Source of the DNA: an uncultured Verrucomicrobiota bacterium
Lineage (GTDB): Bacteria; Verrucomicrobiota; Kiritimatiellia; CAIKKV01; CAITUY01
Assembly: GCA_964458765.1 (NCBI GenBank)
Contig: CAYWKN010000004.1
Location: 1 to 41,148, forward strand
DNA length: 41,148 nt
Direction: 5' to 3'
Shown: one piece after another, positions 19,077 to 27,845 of the stretch
Position numbering within the stretch: the stretch's first letter is position 1
Layout of the letters: every line of letters begins with the position of its first letter
Notes under the pieces: generated by a model
What the model was told of the DNA's origin: nothing
What the model saw: only the letters and a program-made list of their open reading frames with translations
Databases searched by the model: none
Program-made: the position numbers and the translations under genes

Positions 19077-20390
19077 ATGAAGGAAATCGGGATCGGATTG
19101 ATCGGCTTCGGAACGGTTGGCGCCGGTGTTGTAGAGGCTCTGCAACGGAACGGAAGCCTGCTGGCGGATCGGACGGGCGTGCTGCCGGTGCTGCGCCGGA
19201 TTGCCGACGTGGATATCGTGCGGGATCGCGGGGTAAAGATTGATCCGTCATTGCTGACGCAGGACGCGCTTTCCGTCATCCAGGATCCGGGGATTGATAT
19301 TGTTGTGGAGCTGGTTGGCGGCACGACGGTGGCAAGGACTTTCATCCTGGAAGCTTTGCAGAGGGGGAAAACCGTGGTCACCGCCAACAAGGCGTTGTTG
19401 GCCGAGCATGGCGGCGAGATTGTGGCGGCTGCCGCGGCGCGCGGTGTGGACGTTTGGTTCGAGGCCAGTGTGGCGGGCGGGATTCCGATCATCCGGGCGC
19501 TGCGGGACGGGCTTGTGGTTAACCGGATTGGCGCCATGTACGGGATCCTGAACGGCACATGCAATTACATCCTGACGCGCATGGAGCGCGAACAGATGAC
19601 CTTTGAGCACGCGCTCAAGGAAGCGCAGGCGGCAGGGTATGCGGAGGCGGATCCAGGACTGGATATTGATGGGCACGACACGGCGCACAAGGCGGCGATT
19701 CTGGCGTCGCTGGCGTATGGCGTCCGCATACCGATGCAAAGGGTCTATGTGGAAGGAATTCGGGGTCTGGCGAGGCTGGACATCGAGTACGCCCGGAATC
19801 TGGGGTACCGGGTGAAGTTGCTGGCGGTCATCAAGAACGAGAGCGGTTCGGTCGACATCCGGGTGCATCCGACCCTGGTGCCGGTGGAACACATGCTGGC
19901 CTCCGTCATGGGTGTGTTCAATGCCGTTGTGGTGGATGGCGATATTGTGGGGCAAACCGTGTACTACGGACGGGGCGCGGGACGATTGCCCACGGCCAGC
20001 GCGGTGGTAAGCGACATCGCGGAGGCGGCCCGGGGCATTGCCTCCGGAACTCGGCCCCATCGTCCGGCCGCCTTCGCGGAACGGCCGCAGAACTTCCTCG
20101 ATATGGGCGATGTGGCGATCCGGCACTACCTGAGGTTGGCACTGGCCGACAAACCGGGGGTGCTGGGAATTGTGGCCACAGAGCTGGGGCGTCATAACAT
20201 AAGCTTGGCCTCGGTTGTGCAGAAGGAGCCTCACACGTCGGGCCGGAGCGTTCCGGTGGTGGTGCTGACGCATCCCGCGCGCGAGCGCGACGTGACGGCA
20301 GCCCTGCGGGCATTGGAGGAGATGCAGGCAATCGGGCCGAGATCGGTGCGCTTGCGGATTGAAGACCTGGGAATTGAGAAGAACGCATGA
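19077..20390 (+). CDS. hom: Homoserine dehydrogenase with C-terminal ACT domain
   Basis: Motifs GLIGFGTVG, VVTANKA, EASVAGGIP, GILNGT.NYIL, GYAEADP..DIDG.D..HK, GRGAG..PTASAV and DKPGVL. Confidence 0.95.
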   Translation: MKEIGIGLIGFGTVGAGVVEALQRNGSLLADRTGVLPVLRRIADVDIVRDRGVKIDPSLLTQDALSVIQDPGIDIVVELVGGTTVARTFILEALQRGKTVVTANKALLAEHGGEIVAAAAARGVDVWFEASVAGGIPIIRALRDGLVVNRIGAMYGILNGTCNYILTRMEREQMTFEHALKEAQAAGYAEADPGLDIDGHDTAHKAAILASLAYGVRIPMQRVYVEGIRGLARLDIEYARNLGYRVKLLAVIKNESGSVDIRVHPTLVPVEHMLASVMGVFNAVVVDGDIVGQTVYYGRGAGRLPTASAVVSDIAEAARGIASGTRPHRPAAFAERPQNFLDMGDVAIRHYLRLALADKPGVLGIVATELGRHNISLASVVQKEPHTSGRSVPVVVLTHPARERDVTAALRALEEMQAIGPRSVRLRIEDLGIEKNA

Positions 20391-21766
20391 AAACAACAGA
20401 TGGCAACGGTTTGATTGTCGCAAAGTTCGGCGGCACCAGCGTCGCAGATGCGGTTCAGATCCGGAAGGTTTGTGATATCGTCAGGATGAACCCGGCCCGC
20501 CGGGTGATAGTCGTATCGGCTCCGGGAAAGCGCACTGCGGCCGACACCAAGGTGACGGACATGCTGATCGCCTGCGCGGAAGCACGGCTGGCCGGCGGGA
20601 CGGCGGAGAGTGAACGGAAGGCGATCGTTGAGCGGTATGCGGATATCCAGCGTGCGGCGGGTGTCGGCGAGGGGGTGCTGGCCGAGATTGAGAAGGATCT
20701 TCGGCGTCGGCTTGATTCGGGCCGATCCCATCGGGGGCGTTTCCTGGATTTGCTGAAGGCCGCCGGTGAGGATAACAACGCCAGACTGGTGGCGGAAATC
20801 TTCCGCCACTGCGGCGTGGAGGCGCGGTACGTGGATCCGCGCGAGGCGGGAATGCTGTTAAGCGACGAGTTCGGGAACGCGATGGTCCTGCCGGAAGCCT
20901 ATGAGAGGCTTGCCGCCTTGCGGAAGGAGCCCGGTGTGCTGATTTTTCCGGGGTTCTTCGGGTACACGCGAAAGGGTGAAGTGGCCACTTTCCCGCGGGG
21001 CGGATCGGATATCACGGGGGCGATCCTGGCGGCGGCATTGCGGGCGGACTTGTACGAGAACTTCACGGATGTGGACTCGGTGTTCGCCGCCGATCCGCGG
21101 ATCGTACCCGCCGCGCAGCCGATTGAATTGCTTACCTATCGTGAGATGCGCGAGTTGGCGTATGCCGGTTTTGGCGTCTTTCATGACGAAGCCATTGTCC
21201 CCGCGGTCCGGGCTGGCATTCCCATCTGCATCCGCAACACAAACAGGCCCGAAGCTCCCGGGACCAGGATTGTCCCGCGCCGGCCGTATCAGGGTGGCGA
21301 GGTGCTCGGGGTTGCCAGTGCGGACGGATTCTGCGCCGTGTATGTGGACAAGTATCTGATGAACCGCGAAGTCGGTTTCGGACGGCGATTGCTGCAGATG
21401 CTGGAGGACGAAGGGTTGTCGTACGAGCATGCGCCGTCAGGGATCGACAACATGTCGGTCATTCTCCGCGAGAAGGACTTCACGGCGGAGCGTGAGGAGA
21501 AGATCGGCAAGCGTATCCGGGGCGAGTTGGGCGCCGAGAACATCGAGATTGACCGGGGGCTGGCGCTGGTCATGATCGTGGGGGAGGGAATGCATTATAC
21601 GGTGGGTGTAGCGGCGCGCGCGACCGCCGCACTGGCGCAGGCCGGTGTGAATATCGAGATGCTGAACCAGGGGTCCAGCGAGATTAGCATGATGTTCGGT
21701 GTAAAGGCGATGGACCGCAAGAAAGCCGTCCAGGCGTTGTACGCCGCATTTTTCAACCGGCAATAG
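20387..21766 (+). CDS. lysC: Aspartate kinase
   Basis: Motifs KFGGTSVAD, VVSAPGKR, RGGSDITG, TDVD.VFAADPR and two ACT domains. ATGA overlap with hom. Confidence 0.93.
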   Translation: MKTTDGNGLIVAKFGGTSVADAVQIRKVCDIVRMNPARRVIVVSAPGKRTAADTKVTDMLIACAEARLAGGTAESERKAIVERYADIQRAAGVGEGVLAEIEKDLRRRLDSGRSHRGRFLDLLKAAGEDNNARLVAEIFRHCGVEARYVDPREAGMLLSDEFGNAMVLPEAYERLAALRKEPGVLIFPGFFGYTRKGEVATFPRGGSDITGAILAAALRADLYENFTDVDSVFAADPRIVPAAQPIELLTYREMRELAYAGFGVFHDEAIVPAVRAGIPICIRNTNRPEAPGTRIVPRRPYQGGEVLGVASADGFCAVYVDKYLMNREVGFGRRLLQMLEDEGLSYEHAPSGIDNMSVILREKDFTAEREEKIGKRIRGELGAENIEIDRGLALVMIVGEGMHYTVGVAARATAALAQAGVNIEMLNQGSSEISMMFGVKAMDRKKAVQALYAAFFNRQ

Positions 21767-21780
21767 AGGCAGGAGGGCGC

Positions 21781-23412
21781 ATGAGCGGGCGTCGGAAAGT
21801 TGCCATCTACGACACAACATTGCGGGACGGTTCGCAAGGCGAGGGGATTTCGTTTTCGGGGGCGGCCAAGATCCGGGCGGCCTTGCGGATGGATGAGTTC
21901 GGAATCGACTATATTGAGGGCGGATATGCCGGATCGAACCCCAAGGATCTGGCATTCTTCCATGAAATCCGGAAGCATACGCTTCGCCACGCGAAGGTTG
22001 CCGCCTTTGGCAGCACTCGACGCGCAGGCATTGCCGTGGGAGAGGACGACAACGTGCGGCGGTTGATCGAAGCCGACACGCCCGTAGTCACCATTTTCGG
22101 CAAGTCCTGGATGCTGCACGTCCACGATGTCCTGCGGACGACGGCGGAGGAAAACCGGCGGATGATCGGCGACACGGTGCGCTATCTCAAGGAGCGCGGG
22201 CGCGAGGTCATTTTCGACGCCGAACATTTCTTTGACGGGTACAAGGACAACGCCGGTTTCGCGTTGGACATGCTTCAGGCGGCAATCGAGGCAGGGGCTG
22301 ACACGGTGGTTCTCTGTGACACCAATGGCGGCGCCCTTCCGCATGAGGTGCACGGAATTGCCGCCGAGGCGGTCAGGCGCTGCGCGGTGCCTGTAGGCAT
22401 CCATTCGCACAATGACTCGGGATTGGCGGTGGCCACCAGCCTGGAGGCTATCCGGGCGGGAGCGGCACACCTTCAGGGCACCATCAACGGGTACGGGGAA
22501 CGGACAGGAAATGCCAACTTGTGCACGATCATTCCCACCCTGGAACTCAAGTTGGGCGTGCGGACGGTGCCCGAGGGCGCCTTGAAGCAACTTCGGGCGC
22601 TGTCGCTTTTCATGGATGATCTGGTCAACGTGCGCCATGACGGCAAAGCCCCGTATGTGGGCGAGAGCGCGTTCTCGCACAAGGCCGGCATGCACGTCAA
22701 CGCTGTTCAGAAGAACCCCCGGACTTTCGAGCACATACCCCCGGAGACAGTCGGGAACGAGAGGCGCATTCTGATTTCCGAGGGTTCCGGTGCGAGTAGT
22801 GTCCTGCTGAAGGCGATTGAAATGGGGGTGGACCTGAAGAAATCGTCTCCAGAAGTGAAGGATGTCCTGGAGTCGCTCAAGGCGCTGGAACGCGAGGGAT
22901 ACGCGTACGAGGCGGCGGATGCCTCCTTCCGCATGCTGGTTCAGAAGGTTTTGAACAAGCACAAGTCGTTCTTTGAACTGGAAGGGTTCCGGGTGATTGT
23001 GGAGAAGATTGGCGCGCACGGCGGATGCGTTTCGGAAGCCAGCGTCAAGGTGCGGGTTGGCGGCGAGGTGGAACACCGGGTGGCCGAAGGGGATGGCCCC
23101 GTAAATGCCCTGGACCGGGCGCTTCGCAAAGCGCTGACGCGGTTCTATCCGCAGATCGAGAAGGTACAGCTAATGGATTTCAGCGTCCGTATTCTTGACC
23201 CGCAGGAGGCCACGGCGGCCAAGGCCCGTGTGATCATCGAGTCCGGGGATGGGGAGGAGACATGGGGAACGGTCGGGGTTTCCGGCAACATCATTGAGGC
23301 GTCCTGGGAGGCGCTGGTGGACAGCGTGGAGCACAAGCTGTTTCGCGAGGAGGAGAAGCGCCGGAAGGGACCGGAGGGGAAAGTGCGCGGCAGCAGGGGT
23401 GAGGGGACGTGA
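21781..23412 (+). CDS. cimA: Citramalate synthase
   Basis: Motifs DTTLRDGSQGEG, DAEHFFDG, LCDTNGG, HSHND, GERTGNANL, HKAGMH and GDGPVNALD match the CimA subtype of the LeuA family. Confidence 0.88.
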   Translation: MSGRRKVAIYDTTLRDGSQGEGISFSGAAKIRAALRMDEFGIDYIEGGYAGSNPKDLAFFHEIRKHTLRHAKVAAFGSTRRAGIAVGEDDNVRRLIEADTPVVTIFGKSWMLHVHDVLRTTAEENRRMIGDTVRYLKERGREVIFDAEHFFDGYKDNAGFALDMLQAAIEAGADTVVLCDTNGGALPHEVHGIAAEAVRRCAVPVGIHSHNDSGLAVATSLEAIRAGAAHLQGTINGYGERTGNANLCTIIPTLELKLGVRTVPEGALKQLRALSLFMDDLVNVRHDGKAPYVGESAFSHKAGMHVNAVQKNPRTFEHIPPETVGNERRILISEGSGASSVLLKAIEMGVDLKKSSPEVKDVLESLKALEREGYAYEAADASFRMLVQKVLNKHKSFFELEGFRVIVEKIGAHGGCVSEASVKVRVGGEVEHRVAEGDGPVNALDRALRKALTRFYPQIEKVQLMDFSVRILDPQEATAAKARVIIESGDGEETWGTVGVSGNIIEASWEALVDSVEHKLFREEEKRRKGPEGKVRGSRGEGT

Positions 23413-23414
23413 GT

Positions 23415-26129
23415 ATGGCGGAGTTGGCCAAGCAGTATGACGCCAAGGCGGTGGAAAGCCGCTGGTACGAAGCGTGGATAAGCCGGAACCTCTTTCACGG
23501 TGAAAGCGCGCGGGGCGGGGATCCGTTCTGCATCGTGATTCCGCCTCCGAATGTGACGGGCATCCTGCACATGGGGCATGCCTTGAACAACACCATCCAG
23601 GATATCCTGGTGCGCTGGAAACGGATGGAAGGGCGGAATACGGTTTGGCTTCCGGGGACGGATCATGCGGGCATTGCGACACAGAATGTGGTGGAAAGGG
23701 CGCTGCGCAAAGAGGGCTGCTCGCGCCACGACCTGGGGCGCGAGGCCTTCGTGGAGCGGGTCTGGCAATGGCGCGAGGAATATGGCGGAACGATTGTGCG
23801 CCAGCTCAAGCGGCTGGGCGCCTCGTGCGACTGGCAGCGGGAACGGTTCACGATGGATGCCGGCCTCAGCCGCGCTGTCGAGGAAGTCTTCTGCCGCCTG
23901 TACGACAAGGGTCTGATCTACCGCGCGAACTACATCACGAACTGGTGTCCGCGTTGTCACACGGCCTTGTCCGACGAGGAGAGCGAACATCAGGAAACCG
24001 CGGGGAAACTTTACCACATCCGGTATCCCCTCAAGGCGGACGGGAAACTTCACGCCACTTCGTTTGTCGTCGTGGCCACCACACGGCCAGAGACGTTGTT
24101 GGGCGATGTGGCCGTGGCGGTACATCCCGGTGACGATCGCTATGCGGCGCTGATCGGCAAGACCGTGACCCTGCCGGTGCTCCACCGGGAGATTCCCATT
24201 CTGGCGGATAGCTTTGTGGATCCCGCCTTTGGAACGGGCGCGGTGAAGGTGACGCCGGCGCACGATCCAAACGATTTTGAAATGGGGCAACGGCACGGGT
24301 TGAAACCGGTAAACGTGATGCGTGCGGACGGCGCCATGAACGAGGCGGCCGGTCCCTATGCGGGACTTGACCGCTTTGAATGCCGCCAGCGGATTGTGAC
24401 GGACCTGACGGCGGCGGGGCTGATCGAAAAGATTGACAATCACCAGCATGCCGTCGGGCATTGTTACCGCTGTGACACTGTTGTCGAGCCCCGGTTGAGC
24501 TTACAGTGGTTCGTCAAGATGAAGCCGTTGGCCGCTCCGGCGCTGGAGGCGGTGCGGGATGAACGTATCCGGTTCGTGCCGGACCGATGGAACAAAGTCT
24601 ACATGGAGTGGATGGAGAACATCCGCGACTGGTGTATTTCCCGGCAGATCTGGTGGGGACACCGGATCCCCGTCTTTTACTGCGACGCATGCCGGCATCA
24701 GTGGGCGGCGCGCGGGCGTCCGCAGGTGTGTGTCAAGTGCGGGGCGGGGAACATACGGCAAGACGAGGATGTCTTGGATACCTGGTTCTCCTCCTGGTTG
24801 TGGCCCTTCAGCACGTTCGGGTGGCCGGAGGATAGTCCGGACCTCAAGTTCTATTACCCCTCGAACACACTGGTGACGGCTTCCGAGATCATCTTCTTCT
24901 GGGTGGCGCGCATGATCATGGCGGGAATGGAATTCATGGGCGACATTCCTTTCAGCGAGGTCTATATCCATGGCACGGTGCGGGATGATCGCGGCCGCAA
25001 GATGAGCAAGAGCCTGGGCAACTCGATTGACCCGTTGACGGTGATTGAGGAATACGGCGCGGATGCTCTTCGGTTTAGCCTGATGATGATCACCGCCACG
25101 GGGCAGGACGTGTTCCTGTCGAACGACAAGTTTGAGATTGGCCGGAATTTTGCGACCAAGATATGGAATGCCGCCCGCTACATGCAGATGCAGGGAGTCG
25201 GCGCAGGAATGGCGCCGGGCTCCAGGGCCTCGGGGGAGGCCGGATTCCGCAAGGAACTCCTGTCGGCGGACGACCGGCATATCATCGCCAAGCTCCATGA
25301 AACGATCGCCGCGTGCTCGGAGAACCTGGGGAGATTCCGCTTCAACGATGCGGCGCATGCCCTGTATGAATTCCTGTGGCACCAATACTGCGACTGGTAT
25401 CTGGAGTATTCCAAGGATGTGCTGTACGGGCAGGATCAGGCCCGAAAGCAGGTGGTGCTGGATGTCATGGGGTATGTTTTTGGCGGAGCGTTGCGTCTGC
25501 TGCATCCTTTCATGCCATTTCTTACGGAAGAACTGTGGCACGCCATGGGATATGCCGGGGAGGATGAAACCATCATGAAGGCGGCCTGGCCTGTGGCTTG
25601 GAGCGCCGGGGAACTGGCAGAGTGGGGCATCACGGCCGACGTTGTCGGTTATGTGGAGGCGCGGCAGGAAATGATTCGCGCCGGCCGCATGCTGCGGGCC
25701 GACTGCAATATCGCGCCGGGCCAGCGGATCGACTACTTCCTGCGGGCCAACACGGCGGCGGACGTGGAACGGCTTGCCGCCGACGGTGTAACGGTTCGCG
25801 GGCTGCTGCGCGCGAAGGAATTCGCGGCGGATACAAACTTCGCTCCTCCCTCCGCCATGCCCAGCGTTCTGACGGGATTGGGAACGCTGTACATGCCGTT
25901 GGCCGGGTTGGTGGACGTCGAGGCAGAGGCTGCAAAACTCAGCAAGCAACTGGCGGAAGTTGCCGGACATCTGACGCGGGTGCAGCAGAAACTCGCCAAC
26001 GAAAGTTTCACTCGCAAGGCGCCTCGGGAGGTTGTGGCCCAGCAGGAGCAAATGCGGGCCGACCTTCTTGAAAAGCAAGCCAGGTTGACCCGGCTCCTGG
26101 CCATGATGGGGGCAACAGGGTCGGGATAA
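23415..26129 (+). CDS. valS: Valine--tRNA ligase
   Basis: Motifs PPPNVTG.LHMGH, DWCISRQIWWGH, DVLDTWFSS and KMSKS, plus a C-terminal coiled coil. Confidence 0.97.
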   Translation: MAELAKQYDAKAVESRWYEAWISRNLFHGESARGGDPFCIVIPPPNVTGILHMGHALNNTIQDILVRWKRMEGRNTVWLPGTDHAGIATQNVVERALRKEGCSRHDLGREAFVERVWQWREEYGGTIVRQLKRLGASCDWQRERFTMDAGLSRAVEEVFCRLYDKGLIYRANYITNWCPRCHTALSDEESEHQETAGKLYHIRYPLKADGKLHATSFVVVATTRPETLLGDVAVAVHPGDDRYAALIGKTVTLPVLHREIPILADSFVDPAFGTGAVKVTPAHDPNDFEMGQRHGLKPVNVMRADGAMNEAAGPYAGLDRFECRQRIVTDLTAAGLIEKIDNHQHAVGHCYRCDTVVEPRLSLQWFVKMKPLAAPALEAVRDERIRFVPDRWNKVYMEWMENIRDWCISRQIWWGHRIPVFYCDACRHQWAARGRPQVCVKCGAGNIRQDEDVLDTWFSSWLWPFSTFGWPEDSPDLKFYYPSNTLVTASEIIFFWVARMIMAGMEFMGDIPFSEVYIHGTVRDDRGRKMSKSLGNSIDPLTVIEEYGADALRFSLMMITATGQDVFLSNDKFEIGRNFATKIWNAARYMQMQGVGAGMAPGSRASGEAGFRKELLSADDRHIIAKLHETIAACSENLGRFRFNDAAHALYEFLWHQYCDWYLEYSKDVLYGQDQARKQVVLDVMGYVFGGALRLLHPFMPFLTEELWHAMGYAGEDETIMKAAWPVAWSAGELAEWGITADVVGYVEARQEMIRAGRMLRADCNIAPGQRIDYFLRANTAADVERLAADGVTVRGLLRAKEFAADTNFAPPSAMPSVLTGLGTLYMPLAGLVDVEAEAAKLSKQLAEVAGHLTRVQQKLANESFTRKAPREVVAQQEQMRADLLEKQARLTRLLAMMGATGSG

Positions 26130-26134
26130 GGCGC

Positions 26135-26164
26135 CGGATCGGCGTTGCGGACGCCAATCCGTTT
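26135..26164. terminator. Possible hairpin terminator between convergent valS and the PolX-N gene
   Basis: CGGATcGGCGT-N5-ACGCCaATCCG stem with one mismatch, followed by TTT. Confidence 0.35.
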
Positions 26165-26178
26165 CCCGCTGTGCCACT

Positions 26179-26703
26179 TCAGCGCTGGTCGTGACGAAGG
26201 GATCTCAGCAGCGGTTCCAGAAGAGCCGTGTTATTGCCGGGAACAGTGTTGGCGCTCAAGAAGTCGCGAATGGCGGATTCGAGCTTATCCCCGAACCCCG
26301 GCAAGGTACGCAGTCGTCCCGATTCCACGGCGGCGGAGAGGTCGCCGATGGAGCGGATATTCAATCGTTCGTAGAGAGTGTGAATGCGACGCGGTCCCAG
26401 GCCGGGTACGGCAAGAAGATCGCGCAGGGTGGGGGGGATGTGTTTCTCCTCGCGTTCGAGCGCGTGGAGGTGTCCGGTGGCAATGATCTCGCGGATTTTC
26501 TCGTCGAGGGCATGGCCTATGCCGGGAAAATCGGTGAGCGATTTCCCTGCATCGATCCATGCAGTCACAGGTTGTGCCAGGTGCTTCAGGAGCTGGGCGG
26601 CACGACGGTAAGCGTGGATGCGGAACGGGTTCTCGCCTTCCACTTCCAGTAAATCGGCAAGCTTGTTCAGGTGAGCGGCGATCTCGTTGTTGGTGATAGC
26701 CAT
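26179..26703 (-). CDS. Helix-hairpin-helix protein matching only the N-terminus of DNA polymerase X
   Basis: N.EIA..L..LADLLEVEGENPFRI.AYRRAA with HhH motifs PGIG, VPGLGP and LPGFG. 174 aa, with no palm or PHP domain. Confidence 0.8.
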   Translation of the reverse strand: MAITNNEIAAHLNKLADLLEVEGENPFRIHAYRRAAQLLKHLAQPVTAWIDAGKSLTDFPGIGHALDEKIREIIATGHLHALEREEKHIPPTLRDLLAVPGLGPRRIHTLYERLNIRSIGDLSAAVESGRLRTLPGFGDKLESAIRDFLSANTVPGNNTALLEPLLRSLRHDQR

Positions 26704-26829
26704 AGCCACCCCTTCGCGACAACGCCATTCAACCACACGGACAAGAACCGGGGCAACGGTTTTCGGCATACAGGGAAGATTGAGATTGATGGCAATGACG
26801 CGATTCTGTATATAGCCACTTCCGTTTCG

Positions 26830-26915
26830 GCCGGAGTGGCGAAATGGCAGACGCAGTAGACTCAAAATCTACCGCCCGCAAGGGCATAGGGGTTCAAGTC
26901 CCTTCTCCGGCACCA
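26830..26915 (+). tRNA. tRNA-Leu (anticodon CAA)
   Basis: GCCGGAG/CTCCGGC acceptor stem plus ACCA; GTAGA-CTCAAAA-TCTAC anticodon arm; long variable arm GCCCGCAAGGGC; GTTCAAG T-loop. Confidence 0.96.
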
Positions 26916-26922
26916 GCCTCCG

Positions 26923-26947
26923 CTCAAGCCCACTCCGCAGGCTTGAG
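26923..26947. terminator. Hairpin downstream of tRNA-Leu
   Basis: Perfect 8-bp stem CTCAAGCC-N9-GGCTTGAG between the convergent tRNA and pilin genes. No U-tract. Confidence 0.3.
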
Positions 26948-26997
26948 GTACCGTGTGGCAAGCCTTCGCGTTGCGTCAGGGATCGGTTCTCGCCAGA

Positions 26998-27405
26998 CTA
27001 CTGCAGGAGCGTCCCGCTCCAGGTTCCCTGGCTGTCGAGGATCACTGTTTGCCCCGCGACCTCGGGAGAGGTTCCGGTGCAGGTGATGGTGAAGTTGCTG
27101 GGAGTGGACACAATCCGGTAATCCGTGGTGACAAAGAAAGCGCCGTCGAGGTCGTTTTCGGATATGCCTGCGATGCTCGGATAGACGGGAACGTTTGCCA
27201 GGGTAGGATACTCGCCGTCTGACAGGAGGAGGATGCGCAAGGCCGTTCGCACGGTGCCGCAGCCGGTCTGTGCTTCCGTGGCCCAGGCTCGCCTCCGGTT
27301 GCTGTTTATGAGCGGAACAGTGACGGTAGCCAGGATGGCAACGATAATGGCCACCACCATCACCTCCATCAGCGAAAACCCTGCCTTGGAAGATGTGCGG
27401 TTCAT
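26998..27405 (-). CDS. Type IV pilin / prepilin-type N-methylation protein
   Basis: Class III signal KAG|FSLMEVMVVAIIVAILATVTVP with E at +5. 135 aa. Confidence 0.88.
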   Translation of the reverse strand: MNRTSSKAGFSLMEVMVVAIIVAILATVTVPLINSNRRRAWATEAQTGCGTVRTALRILLLSDGEYPTLANVPVYPSIAGISENDLDGAFFVTTDYRIVSTPSNFTITCTGTSPEVAGQTVILDSQGTWSGTLLQ

Positions 27406-27424
27406 CCTGTAGATGATTCTTGAG

Positions 27425-27742
27425 TTAGATGTTCCGATTTCGAGACGCCGCCAGTTTGGTCTCCAGAATGGAACGAATGGTCGTGGCGGAAATGCCCTGG
27501 ATATGCACCCGCTTGTGTCGTCCGGTCTGTCCACCAACGAGGGAAAGATTTCGGGCGTGAATGCCGAGGCTGTCGGCCAGGAAGAGAATCAGCTCCTTGT
27601 TGGCCCTGCCGTCGACGGGCGGCGCGTGCAGGCTGATCTTCAAGGCGTCTCCGTGTGGACCATGAATCCGGCTACAGGCGGCACGGGGTACGGCGTGCAG
27701 CGTGAGAATGCAGCCCATAGCGTTGTCGGAAACCCAACTCAT
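27425..27742 (-). CDS. DUF167 / YggU family protein
   Basis: L.L.AVPRA..S.I.G..GDALKI.L.APPVDGRAN.EL..FLA..LG..G.TGRHK pattern. Confidence 0.85.
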   Translation of the reverse strand: MSWVSDNAMGCILTLHAVPRAACSRIHGPHGDALKISLHAPPVDGRANKELILFLADSLGIHARNLSLVGGQTGRHKRVHIQGISATTIRSILETKLAASRNRNI

Positions 27743-27748
27743 GGGAAC

Positions 27749-27777
27749 AGTATGGATCCCGCGATCCCGGAAATCAA
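27749..27777 (-). promoter_or_regulatory. Putative sigma70 promoter for the DUF167 gene (leaderless geometry)
   Basis: Minus strand reads TTGATT-N17-CATACT-N6-ATG(27742). Confidence 0.4.
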
Positions 27778-27845
27778 GTAAGCAACAAGGCTGAACAGGC
27801 ACGCACGGTGTGCGACTCCGGCGCGGAATCTTGCACACCAGTGAT

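Noticed and set aside
21595-26177. Minus-strand ORFs of 493, 438 and 558 aa
   Set aside because: Antisense shadows of cimA and valS.
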